From NCBI GenBank assembly GCA_951406725.2, contig OX597818.1:50716001-50780000 (forward strand): 64,000 bases of DNA, read 5' to 3'. A program made the position numbers and the translations under genes. How positions within the stretch are numbered: the first letter of the stretch is position 1; every line of letters starts with the position of its first letter. Of the stretch, positions 1-12,206 are shown piece after piece. The stretch comes from Octopus vulgaris (taxonomy: Eukaryota). The notes beneath the pieces are model-generated. The model was not told the origin of the DNA. It saw only the letters and a program-made list of their open reading frames with translations, and searched no databases.

Positions 1-645
1 CTTGGCCACCAGCTCGACCTTGGTGTTGCAGGCAGAGAGTTTGGTGTCTTTTTCAACCGCGCTCCACGCATAGTGATCCATGAGATTAAAATTAGGGGAA
101 TTAGGGAGCTAGAAATTGGGGCTGGTGAAGTCGTATAGAATTTCCGACAGCACTTCTGACTCTTTTTGGAAGTATAGCAAGGAACCAAATCCTACTGCTA
201 CACATTTTGCCTTCCAGTAGCAATCCTTTACGGCCAGGGATTGACAACACTCTCCAGTAATTTCATATGGACGTCTGAATTGTGCCCGAGGCCCCTATTC
301 AAAGATATGGGTATGAATCACGGCGTACGGACATAGTAAGAACGCCTGATGGCTACATATTCTCTGCCGCTGCTGTCCGTGTCACGCCTTGCGGTTTTAA
401 CATGTTCACAGAGTATTGAGCAGCAGTCGTGATGTTGGCACTTTAATCGCTGGTGCGAACCATGACGCAGGTAAGTCTTTTCCAATATTCGGTTGACTTC
501 CAGTCTTCCATATTGGCTAACTTTTTGTCAACTACAACATTAATCTTTATACTCTCAAACAACGTTTACTGTTCAAGGATTCATCAAGCTGTCCTTGAAA
601 AAAAGAAACAAAAATATCGTCAAATTTAGTCCGCACACTCTGTAT
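1..645 (-). mobile_element. Decayed Tc1/mariner-superfamily (maT/DD37D-like) transposon, truncated by window edge
   Basis: Minus-strand translation gives NF*LPNSPNFNLMDHYAWSAVE (WPPNSPDLNPMDY-like) and a decayed QQDSAPCH-like motif, with stops and frameshifts; TIR-like end ...cgcacactctgTA near 645. Confidence 0.7.
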
Positions 646-869
646 GTAAGCATGCATTATATATATATATATATGATATGTATACAATATAAATAAGGGC
701 TAAAGAAAATTATTTCTATGCTAATATGCTGATAACAGACTTTTGAATCGTCAATTTCCACATATTATTTACTCGCTACAGAAAATACGTAGAGCTGAAA
801 ACGGGGAAAGCCAGTCAATAGAATTTTTTAATCCTATATTAGTAGTAGTATATATATATATATTGTTGT

Positions 870-1140
870 TTGTTCATTCTCGAGCCACGTCTGGCTCATA
901 GGGCCAGTTCATCACCTGGACGGGACGCCGGTCCGTTCAGGTGAGCAGCAAGATGCAGGAGGAAAGAGTGAGAGAAAGTTGTGGTGAAAGAGTCAGCAGA
1001 AGTTCGCCATTACTTTCTGCCGGATCCACATGGAGCTTAGGTGTTTCGCTCATAAACACACACACATCGCCCGGTCTGAGATTCGAAACCGCGACCCCTC
1101 GACGCGAGTCCGCTGCTCTAACCACTAGGTCATGTGCCTC
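870..1140 (-). mobile_element. tRNA-derived SINE (family related to 14017-14407)
   Basis: Minus-strand head with A box tgacctagtgg and B box gtttcgaatct; homologous to the copies at 14.0 kb and 53.5 kb. Confidence 0.75.
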
Positions 1141-1150
1141 GACATATATA

Positions 1151-1189
<39 letters not shown>

Positions 1190-1624
1190 TGCATATATAC
1201 ATACTTAAACACACACACACTAAGATAACTAGACAGATGTGTCCACACATACTCAAACAAGTGTGTTTTCAGAAAGAAAGATTAATAGAGAGAAAGGGGG
1301 AAGAAAAATAATTATTACAGATAAAGAGAGGCGGGTAGAAAAACACAGACGCGCTGATACACTACTAGGACTGAGAACTTCACTGATCAGACGATAGCAT
1401 AGCACGTGATTGAAGCAAATATCACGTGGACATCACCCACGTGAAGTAAATAAAATAGCTTTTTTTTTGACAGTGATATATACTCTAATCTCATTCGATT
1501 TTAATGTTATTTGCGGGAAGTATAACAGTATTAGAGCTTGTGCTAGCATAGACATACAGACACACATACACATATACATGCGTGTGAATATATGTGTGTG
1601 TGCGTGTGTATGTGTTTATGTGTA

Positions 1625-1653
<29 letters not shown>

Positions 1654-1655
<2 letters not shown>

Positions 1656-2068
1656 TTCTTTACTACCCACAGGGGGCTAAACACAGAGGGAACAAACAAG
1701 GACAGGCAAACGGATTAAGTCGATTACATCGACCCCAGTGTATAACTGGTACTTAATTTATCGACCCCGAAAGAATGAAAGGCAAAGTCGACCTCGGCGG
1801 AATTTGAACTCAGAACGTAGTGGCAGAAGAAATACCTGTTTCTTTACTACTCACAAGGGGCTAAACACAGAGGGGACAAACAAGGACAGACAAACGGATT
1901 AAGTCGATTACATCGACCCCAGTGCGTAACAGGTACTTAATTTATCGACCCGGAAGGATGAGAGGCAATGTTGACCTCGGCGGAATTTGAACTCAGAACG
2001 TAACGGTAGATGAAAAACGGCTACGCATTTTGCCCAGCGTGCTAACGTTTCTGCCAGCTCACCGCCCT
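1654..2068 (-). mobile_element. SINE family A (ggcggcgagctggcagaaacg head) with two tandem ~183-bp body units
   Basis: Reverse complement of the units at 11458-12206 and 29010-29497; B-box-like gagttcaaattcc. Confidence 0.85.
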
Positions 2069-2084
2069 TGCGACGGGTAAACTA

Positions 2085-2510
2085 TTACCATTGTAATTTT
2101 AATTTTGTGCATGCGCATTGCTTCTTTTTGATTTTGTCGACTACACGATATAGTAGGGTCAGTTGAGCATCGTCTGTGAGAAAAGCAGCACTATGATGCA
2201 ACTCATTCTACCAGAAATTTGAAAACGACATGTACTGCTTGGTATTCGCGCCGGAAGCTCCAATACGTACATCTCAGAGAGTGTGGGTGTCAATCTGAGG
2301 ACATTACCTAGAGTGATAAAAATCAAACATTCAGTCAGCTTCATGGTGTTTTAAGTGATCACATCCATCTTCCCACACGGCCTCAGACTCAACACAGAGG
2401 ACTATATCAATTGCTTGGAGGAGGTAGCTCTGCGCTGGATCGAGAGGGTGGCTGCTGGAAGACTCTATGTCTAACAACTGGACTCTGCACCATGCCACAC
2501 AAGCATCACG
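2085..2510 (+). mobile_element. maT/Tc1-like transposase fragment, same family as 1-645
   Basis: caactggactctgcaccatgccacacaagc encodes QLDSAPCHTS (second catalytic D region); decayed. Confidence 0.6.
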
Positions 2511-3011
2511 GGTTATATCCCATGCAAGAAACTAACGCCCCCAAATGTACCATTCTACACACAGCCGAAAAAGTGGCTCCAAAATTTTTGTACCTCACAC
2601 ATGGGCCGAATATTATGGAAAATACCCCACAAAAAACAACGAAATAATCTGATGTCGCTTTGATAACATAAACCAGGATGCGATTTGAACTGACCGACGA
2701 AATTCTTAAAATTTTCACCACTTTATCTTCGAACGGCATTCGCCCACCAAACTTTAATTAATGACTCAAGCTGTTATTAAATGTACTTATTTCTACTAAA
2801 TGTGCTGAGAGATACTTACTACCGTCTCTTCACTTGTATGTATGTATGTATGTATGTATGTATGTATGTATGTATGTATGTATGTATGTATGTATGTATA
2901 CACACACACACACACACACACGCACACACATATACACACAAATGGATAAAGCTCCTTCCTGAATCATATAAAGCTGATTTTCCGTTTTCTGAGTCGCAGA
3001 AATAATCATCT

Positions 3012-3144
3012 TAACCAGCTGAGTGGACTGGAGCAAAGTGAAACGAAGTGTTTTGCTCAAGAACACAACGCCCCGTCCAGGAATCGAAACCACAATCTTA
3101 CGATCATGAGTCCAACACCCGAACCACTAAGTCACGCGCCTCCA
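3012..3144 (-). mobile_element. tRNA-derived SINE fragment (family C)
   Basis: Homologous to 54975-55223; tRNA-like head with gtttcgattcc B box on the minus strand. Confidence 0.7.
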
Positions 3145-3158
3145 CATACATGTGTATA

Positions 3159-4044
3159 TATGGACCACCCCATAAATAATGCGGGGTTTTTTTACACTTC
3201 TTTTATTTTTAAAAATTAAGATAAAGTAGTTTTTTAATCTAAAATATACCCTCTTCCATTTTCTACAATGTTCTTCCATCTATCAAGTAGACTTGCAAGG
3301 CCCTCTTCTAAAATTCAGTTGTCCGTGACGAAAAGTACTCCTCCAGTACTGTCTTGACCTCGTCTACAGAATTCATATTTTTTCCGTGCAAATAATTTTG
3401 AAGACTGTGGAATAAGTGATAATCAGATGGGGCAATGTCCGGCGAATATGGTGGGGAATCGTTTTCCAAACAAACTGCTCAGGCCTTTAGAATGTCATCC
3501 TCGCTGTACGTGGCCGAAGAAGAACACATTTCATCTTGAAATCAAAGATGGTCGTTTTTCTTCTAGCGCATGTATCGATGAATGGTTGAATGGCCAAATC
3601 CTCTGCTAGTTGCTCAACAGTTACGATGGGATGGATTTTGCAGGACGTCCTCGTCGACCTCCACAGATCTTCTAGGACGAGGTTCGACTTCTAGGGTGTA
3701 GTTTCCGGCTCTGAATTTCTGGAACCACTGTTGACACTGGCTTATGCTTATTGTCCGATCCCCATATACTGCATTAATATTCCTTGCACTTTCTGCTACG
3801 TTGTTGCCTTTATAGTACTCATAAAACAAAATATACCGAATATGTTCCTTAGTCACTTCCATTATAGCTTTGAAACAATAACTTAAAATCGAACGGCACT
3901 CTTTAAAACTTGTACTAAGAATAAGACCAAGGTAAAAATTACTACCTGCTTTTATAGCAAGTTGATACAGGTAGTTTATCCCGTACTCCTTCGACTTTTA
4001 CTTCTTGCAATTGAAAAAAACGCATTATTTATGGGATGACCCTA
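3159..4044 (-). mobile_element. Internally deleted mariner element
   Basis: Imperfect TIRs (cccataaataatgcg / cgcattatttatggg) flanked by TA; ORF 3614-3862 is a mariner N-terminal HTH region (WFQKFRAGN..PRP); C-terminal PPYSPDIAPSDYHLF near 3410-3455. Confidence 0.9.
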
Positions 4045-4153
4045 TATATAATTCAGGAATTGAAAATTATGCGTTTTTTCTCAACGGATGGTGAATCTCA
4101 GAGTTCACCGCTAACCTGCGATGTGTGTGCATGTGTGTATGTATGTGTGTGTG

Positions 4154-4203
<50 letters not shown>

Positions 4204-4255
4204 TGTGTGTAGTATGTGAACGCATGCCACTTATTTCATCAATATATATATTATT

Positions 4256-4309
<54 letters not shown>

Positions 4310-5075
4310 CATACCTATACATATATACAGTCATTCAAATATGCAACACATATCTTCATAGTTGCATACATAACAATACATGCATTCATATATATATATA
4401 TATGTGTATATACCTTATTGAATAATTAACTCGCATCTTTGTATTATATAAATTAACCGTCCCAGGGTCGAGACAGGTTTTTTACATCAAGGTATTTATA
4501 TAATCTGTATTTCTAGTGTTACATACTTAATAGTGTCTTTTCCTTTTGTCTTTGTTCCGACGATACAGGACCAGGATTGATAAATATATTGATTATTCAA
4601 ATGTTAGCAGTTCTCTGTGTCAGTAACACGCATTACTCTTACGATTGTCAAACTCGCTCTTTCTGTCCATCTCTCTCCCTGTCTCTAATTCTATATGCTT
4701 ATATAAACACACACACACGTGCACACATATTTACTCTATGCAGTACATATGTTTATTTATCCGTCTCTATACACACACACACACACATTCACACACTCAT
4801 ACACGTAACATTTATTTTTTACATATAGTGTATTAGTACAGAGTGACAGTTCTAAGCATTTGTGTGGTTAAATACAAACATATTACCTGTTCAAACATGC
4901 CTGAGGCATATTCGAACCCGTGAGAAAGGTATTCACTGTCATGGATAAAATTCAAATTTGTTGCCATCGAGAACTTTTCTCCGTGAAAAAAAAATACAGT
5001 GAATGGCCTTCTCACGGGTTCGAATATACCTCAAGTATATTTGAACCGGCAACATATATGTAAATACAACATATA

Positions 5076-5122
<47 letters not shown>

Positions 5123-5127
<5 letters not shown>

Positions 5128-5520
5128 CAGTGTACATTTAAACACATAAGAGATGGCCATAATAGGACATCTAACACGATAGAAGGAGTAGTCAAAATCC
5201 AAACCACTATGACGTGTAATTTCGAAGGGAATGAAAAATAAAACATTTGCCATCTTTCTCCTGGACGATGATTTCAAATTCTATTTAGCAAATAAAGAAT
5301 TTGCCAGGCAAAGTTCTTATTTTCATTCCCTTCAAAATTACCCCTAATAGTGGTTTGGATTTTGACTACTCCTTCTAGCGTGTTTGATGTCCTATTATGG
5401 CCATCTATTATGTGTTTAAATGTACACTGTATTTTATATGAATAATATATAGTCTATTGACTAATTTTTCTACATGCTAGGCCACTGGTAGTAAACATTT
5501 CTAAAATTTTTCCTACCCTG
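5123..5520. mobile_element. Foldback (hairpin plus tail) insert in (TA)n, Penelope pLTR-like
   Basis: Inverted arms 5123-5251 / 5307-5433; tail motif atgctaggccactggt...ctaccct shared with the 30.25 kb and 55.9 kb tails; (TA)n on both sides. Confidence 0.65.
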
Positions 5521-5553
5521 ATATATATATATATATATATATATATAGGTAGG

Positions 5554-5683
<130 letters not shown>

Positions 5684-6099
5684 TTCAGTCATACGTTTCA
5701 GAAGATATCCATACACTAAGTAATGACTTGTTTCAACCGGATGAAAGTGAAATTGTTCGTCGGCGTTCTCGTTATACAATCAATCATCAGTGTCCCACAA
5801 TGTGTTTACCGTACCAGTACTAATATCAACATTCGAGCTACTCTAATGAACACCAGACGATATTTGAAACAGAGAATGTCAAAACCCGGAAGCCGGTGAC
5901 TGCAAATGAAAAAAAAATTTCCATATCAACAATGTTATTCATCTGCCGGTTTAACATTGATTCAAACACCGTTTGTATGATGCATCAAATTCCTTCCACA
6001 GCAACTACCACTCACCAAGCATTGCAGTGACTCCACAGAACAAGCCTTTATTAACAAGGCTAATACCACTATGATAGCTTGGAACAGAGCTCCTCGGAG

Positions 6100-6296
6100 A
6101 CTAGTCACCGTAAAAAATATCTAGGTATGCAAACCGAGGGGGGTTGCACAGCTCTCCTATCTTCAAAGCCTCTCTTTAAACTCGGATCTCTACGAAACTA
6201 GTCACCGTAAAAAATATCTAGGTATGCAAACCGAGGGGGGTTGCACAGCTCTCCTATCTTCAAAGCATCTCTTTAAACTCGGATCTCTACGAAACT
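6100..6296. repeat. Tandem duplication, 2 x ~97 bp
   Basis: actagtcaccgtaaaaaatatctagg...tctctacgaa repeated almost identically. Confidence 0.9.
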
Positions 6297-6399
6297 ATCT
6301 ATATAACTTCTCTTTCAACAACCCTCTCTTTCTACCTCCATACTTTATTGCCTGAAAGCATCGGGGAAAAGCTTTCAAGCATAAAGATATGAATTAACT

Positions 6400-7110
6400 A
6401 TGTAGTCAGAAGTATTCAAGCTGACAGTAATATATGATAGATAGCCAAATAGTCCGTTGTGGACGTATATGCGTTATATTGGTTCACAATTTGAGATATT
6501 TGCTTTTGCAATACAAGAACAAGAAAAACGTAATACCTGATACAGAAAGGATAGAGATATAGTTGGAACATTTCGATATGACAATCAGTGAAGACTCTGA
6601 GGAATTAAGATCAAAAATTTTACCTACATGAAGTGCATCTGTTTGAAAATTATATCAGGATACTGTGCATGATGTGGTGTGCCTTAAAAGGATAGCGTCA
6701 CGAAGGACTTGTACGCCTATTATATAAAAAAATAATGGAGTAATGTTCCTGTAAAAAACCTCAATAAAATTTATGCACATCATACCAGGAAATTATCTGG
6801 GACTTAAAAAGAAATTATATACAGTAGCAGAAATGAATAGTCCACTTGACTTTAATATGATGTTACAAGTAGGCGAAAATAAAATCTATGACGAATTAAG
6901 GAGAAATCTGTAAACACTGCAATCGGACTATGCATTTTGAGTTATAACTATGATTATTGAAGCTTTTTGTTATGTAACTAACCAGCTTAGTATTACTCCT
7001 GAGAACTTCAACTTCAAGAAATCATAAAGAACACAACTGGAGAAATATGCTACAAGCTTATACACACAATGGAACCGTGTGTTATGCATGTTAAACGTCT
7101 CAGGTATTTA
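6400..7110 (+). mobile_element. Old, heavily decayed R4/Dong-like LINE 3' fragment
   Basis: FAFAIQEQE motif at ~6498-6525; downstream sequence homologous to the DYKF..IIGA..YVT segment of the 36-37.5 kb LINE. Confidence 0.6.
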
Positions 7111-7213
7111 AGCTGTAACATGCTTAAGTATATGCTTAAATGCATGCATACATACGTAACGTTACAAATGTATTCTTACATATATACACGTGCAATACAT
7201 AAGGATATGCATA

Positions 7214-7418
7214 TATGAGGGAGAGTCAAAAATTATACGCACTCTTGTTTTTTCAATGTACTTATCTGGCTTTGTGGTAAGTAGCTTGCTTACGAACCAC
7301 ATGGTTCCGGGTTCAGTCCTACTGCATGGGACCTTGGGCAAGTGTCTTCTGCTATAGCCTCGGGCCGACCAAAGCCTTGTGAGTGGATTTGGTAGACGGT
7401 AACTGAAAGAAACCCGTC

Positions 7419-7494
<76 letters not shown>

Positions 7495-7499
7495 ATGTG

Positions 7500-7530
<31 letters not shown>

Positions 7531-9190
7531 GTATATATTTGTGTATTTGTGTTTGTCCCCCTAACATTGCTTGACAACTGATGCTGGTGTATTTACGTCC
7601 CCGTGACTTAGCGGTTCGACAAAAGTGATCCGATAGAATAAGTACTAAGGCTTACAAAGAATAAGTCCTGGGGTCGATTTGCTCGACTAGAGGCGGTGCT
7701 CCAGCATGGCCACAGTCAAATTACTGAAACAAGTAAAAGAGTAAAAGAGTAAAGAGTATATATATATTCCGTATAACGACTGATAGCAACATACAGTATA
7801 TCCCCGGGACTGTATGGCGGTCCATGATGAAACATAACCTCGTAATTTAGCTCACTAACACAGCATTTCATAGAATGCTCTTCCTACGTGCACATATTTA
7901 TATATAAAAGTCAAGTTGTGTGTCTGTCTGAAACCAGTAAAAGATTAAAAACAGGGGATAAACAAGTACGTCATTTTTCTATATAGTCTCCTTCCTTTTC
8001 GATGCACTTGGTCCAGCGGTTGACAAGCTTGCATATTCCCTCCAAGAAGAAGGTTTCCAGTTGGTCATGCAACCATTTATGCACTGCTTCCTTCACATCT
8101 TCATCCGTAGGAAATCGACGACCTTGAAAACCATCTTTGAGCAGTCCAAAGATATGGTAATCGGAAGGGGCGAGATCTGAGCTGTAGGTAAGGTGTTTCA
8201 GTACCTCAAAACCCAATTGGTTAATGGTTTCAATGGTCTCGGCAGCCGTGTGTGGACCTGCATTGCCATGCAACAACAAAACTTACTTCTACGATATTCT
8301 TCGGTGTTTGTTGCGAATTGCTGGCTTCAGTTTGTTGGCCAGCAAAGCACTGTATTCCGCACAGTTGATTGTACACACCTTTTCCAGGCAGTCTTCCAGT
8401 ATAGGCATTTTTGTATCCCAAAAACGGGTTAGCCTCACCTTTCCCGCGGAAGACTGAGTCTTGAATTTCTTCGTCGCTGGCGAGCCAGGATGTTTCCACT
8501 CCATACCCTGTCTTTTGGATTCTGCCTCATAACGATGGACCCATGTTTCATCCCCTGTGACTATTCTGCTCAAAAATTCTTCGCCCTCATTGTTGTAGCG
8601 ATTGAGTAAACGCTGGCAGACCTCAAAATGTTTGCGCTTGTGCCCTGCAGTAAGCTACTCTTGGCACCCATCTTGTACAGGCTTTATAGAAGCAGAGCTC
8701 ACCATGGATAATTTGATAGGCAGAACCATAACTAATCTGCAGAGAACTAGCTACCTCGTTGATGATAACTCACCGGTTCACCATTATGATCTCTCAAGCT
8801 TGCTGAATCTTCTCGCCAGTTGTGGAGGTTGAGGGGCGTCCTGTTTGTCCAGTCAGTTTTAAACTTCTCGATCCACTTATACACACTTCTACGCAGTTGT
8901 ACACCGTCCCCGTATTATCCTCAAAAACTCCAATGAATTTCAACGCTTGACACACCTTCCGACCAGAGAGATCGGATCACTGCTCTTTGTTCTGCTTTGG
9001 TGCACATTGCTAATGGAGCAACCATGCTTTCACTGTAAGGCCCAGAAAGAAAAATGGCATGATCATGCTCAAATTTTGATCACGTCACCACAATAGTACC
9101 AACTATAAGCGTGCATGTGCAGAAGTCAGTGTGACAATAATAAAGATATGTTATGGTGAAAGTGCAGATAATGTTTGACTTCGCTTCGTA
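7214..9190 (-). mobile_element. Near-full-length mariner (DD34D) pseudo-element, interrupted near its 3' end by a SINE and a duplicated segment
   Basis: ORF pieces IVTGDETWVHRY (8289-8573) and LLHGNAGPH...YSSDLAPSDYHIF (7971-8279); TIR gagtcaaaaattatacgcact (~7223-7243) matches the reverse complement of 9160-9190. Confidence 0.9.
7267..7757 (+). mobile_element. SINE family B with internal (TA)n/(TG)n microsatellite
   Basis: tRNA-like head (gggttcagtcc), cttgggcaagtg core-like segment, internal (TA)n, gtaaaaga-repeat tail; other copies at 24.8, 50.3, 51.3 and 58.7 kb. Confidence 0.85.
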
Positions 9191-9544
9191 TACACATACA
9201 CACATACACAGACACACACACACATATATATATATATATGTGTGTCTGTATATATCTGTGTATGTGTGTGCATGGTCCTATGTATTGCATGTGTATGAAT
9301 GTATATAAACATGCATATATGCATAGATACATGTAAAAAGCATTTTTCGAATGTATTGAGCAAGATTTAATAAATAAAACTATGATATCATAAGTGCATA
9401 GGTGTAGGAGACACTTCGTTATCATTTGGTTATACTCTGGCAGTATTGCAGTAAAATATCCAGTTTCTTCTACATTGGTGCTACATCAGAGATCAAACCA
9501 GGGTCACGTCACAGACAACCTGGGTCACCTGCTGAAAGAATATA

Positions 9545-9890
9545 AAGGAAGCGAAAAAGAGAACACCTATGCTGAACTATTGAGAAATCTGCACTTAGTC
9601 TGTCCAGATTACAAGTTCAGATTTTTACCAGTAATTATTGGGGCCCTGGGATGTGTAACACACTGCCTAAATACCAATCTTGAGAAATTAGGCTTCTCAC
9701 AACCAGAAACGAGAAAGCTAGTTCGAAGACTACTGATCCAATCTATCACTGGAACTGTAAAAATATGTAAAACTTTCCAGAAGTTTATCATTTAAATATA
9801 TATGAGCATGTCTAGATATGTAACTATACGCATGAGAATACATACATACATGCAGGCATGCATGTATGCATACATACATACATACATACA

Positions 9891-9924
<34 letters not shown>

Positions 9925-10040
9925 CATACATACAAAAATACCATGTTGTTGATGTTGAAATTCCAATGAAGGAGCCTTGGATCAAGGTTAGAAACCGGTT
10001 CTGTCTTTATTGCCAAGAAATCTTGAAATAAACTGAATAA
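9545..10040 (+). mobile_element. 3' end of R4/Dong-like RLE LINE followed by (TACA)n
   Basis: ORF end KENTYAELLRNL..PVIIGALG..TGTVKICKTF plus a 3'UTR closely matching 37055-37519. Confidence 0.85.
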
Positions 10041-10479
10041 TGACATACGTACATGCATACATACATACATATACATACATATATACATACATACATACAT
10101 ACATACATACATACATACATACATACATACATACATACATACATACATACATGTCTAAATGACAATCTGTAAATGTCGAGGGTTTCAGAAAATGTTATCG
10201 TCCAGTTAACCCGCACACTACAAATACGATTTGTAAGCAAAAATGTGCAATACTTCTCACGTTCAAAATGTGACGTTGCTTTTGTTATATTTCAACGAGG
10301 GAACTTTATATCTTTGTTAGAGACCAGCTCCTTCCTTATAAGAAGACTTCAATAAAGTGAAAATAAGAGAAAACATGCATACATAAAAACACCCATCTTT
10401 ACATACATACGTACATACATAAATGCATGCCTACATGCATGCATACATAAATATATGTACATAAGTATACATAAAATGA

Positions 10480-11330
10480 CCTTCTACTGGGGTTATCTAA
10501 TTGATCTTTGCCAACAAGCTCTCGATGGAGATATAGAGATATTAAGATGGTTGGCATTGGCAAATAACAAATCTGATAACAATAAAAATAAATCTACTCA
10601 CGTGGTGAAAAACTGGCAGTATGAAATGTCTGAATTTATTCTCCCGAATAGTAACGATATCATCACAGCTGACCAAACACCTGAAATGGAAGCATTTTTG
10701 GAATGTATTGAGCAAGATTTAATCAATAAAACTGTGATGTCATCAGTGCGTAGGTTTACTCTCTGGCAGTATGGCAATAAAATATCCAAGAGTCTTCTAC
10801 GCGGATGCTACAGCAGGTCACGTCAGAGGGTCACGTCACAGACAACCTGGTTTTGCCTTAGGACACATGCTGAAAGTATATAAAGGAAGTGGCAGCATTG
10901 CTTTTGATAGAATACAGTATCGTACAGAAATATTCGAAGGATGTAATGCTGTTTATACTTTCAGTCATTCTATCAAAATTTTGGGGAAAAAATTCTAAAG
11001 GCCATGCGGTCTGCCCTCAGAAAAACAGAAAAACCCGCCTAGCACACAGATACTTCGTTGACAATCTGAAAATATCCGCAAAGAATATTAATAATATGGA
11101 AAAGGGATCTAACCAAGTTATGATATTCTCAAAGGATATAGTAAAGGAATTTAGTAAGGATAAATTTTTCTGCCCGATTGAAAAACAAAGAAATACTAAA
11201 GATTAGTCTAGCAGCATCTCTACGACCAACCTGACCATTTCTTCAATTTCTGATGAGAGGCGCTACGACTTATAAGAAACAGATGAAAAGTATCATGTGG
11301 TGGGACTTGTAACTCGTATACAGAACATAT
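10480..11330 (+). mobile_element. Decayed RLE-LINE reverse-transcriptase fragment
   Basis: HRYFVDNLK resembles the HLLFVDDLK RT active-site region of R4/Dong elements; many frameshifts; 10690-10890 is partly duplicated at 9337-9550. Confidence 0.55.
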
Positions 11331-11457
11331 CTCATCAAGAACCAATGGAATTGCTCTTTCCTTTACTCGAACAAATTCATCAACCAAGGCTTCCTCTCGC
11401 TGAAAACGTCCTCCCGCTGTGCTCCCTTGAAGGTGTATAGAAACCTACGCCTTGTAA

Positions 11458-12206
11458 GGCGGCGAACTGGCAGAAACGTTAGCACGCCGGGCGAAATGCT
11501 TAAGCGGTATTTTGTCTGCCGTTACGTTCTGAGTTCAAATTCCGCCGAGGTCGATTTTGCCTTTCATCCTTTCGGGGTCGATTAAATAAGTACTAGTTAC
11601 GCACTGGGGTCGATGTAATTGACTTAATCCGTTTGTCTGTCCTTGTTTGTCCTCTCTGTGTTTAGCCCCTTGTGGGTAGTAAAGAAATAGGTATTTCGTC
11701 TGCCATTATGTTCTGAGTTCAAATTCCGCCGAGGTTGACTTTGCCTTTCATCCTTTCGGGGCCGATTGAATAAGTACCAGTTACACACTGGGGTCGATAT
11801 AATCGACTTAATCCGTTTGTCTGTCCTTGTTTGTTCTCTCTATGTTTAGCCCCTTGTGGGTAGTAAAGAAATAGGTATTTCGTCTGCCGTTACGTTCTCA
11901 GTTCAAATTCTGCCAAGGTCGACTTTGCCTTTCATCTTTTCGGGGTTGACAAATTAAGTACCAGTTACGCACTGGGATCGATGTAATCGACTTTGTCTGT
12001 CCTTGTTTTTCCTCTCTATGTTTAGCCCCTTGTGGGTAATGAAGAAATAGGTATTTCGTCCGTCTTTACGTTCTGAGTTCACATTCCGCCGAGGTCGACT
12101 TTGCCTTTCATCCTTTCGGAGTCGATTAAATAAATACCAGTTACACACTGGGGTCGATATAATCGACTTAATCCGTTTGTCTGTCCTTATGGGCAATAAA
12201 AAAATA
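11458..12206 (+). mobile_element. SINE family A, one head plus four tandem ~183-bp body units, with 19-bp TSD
   Basis: Direct repeats agaaacctacgc(c/t)ttgtaa at 11439-11457 and 12207-12225. Confidence 0.9.
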
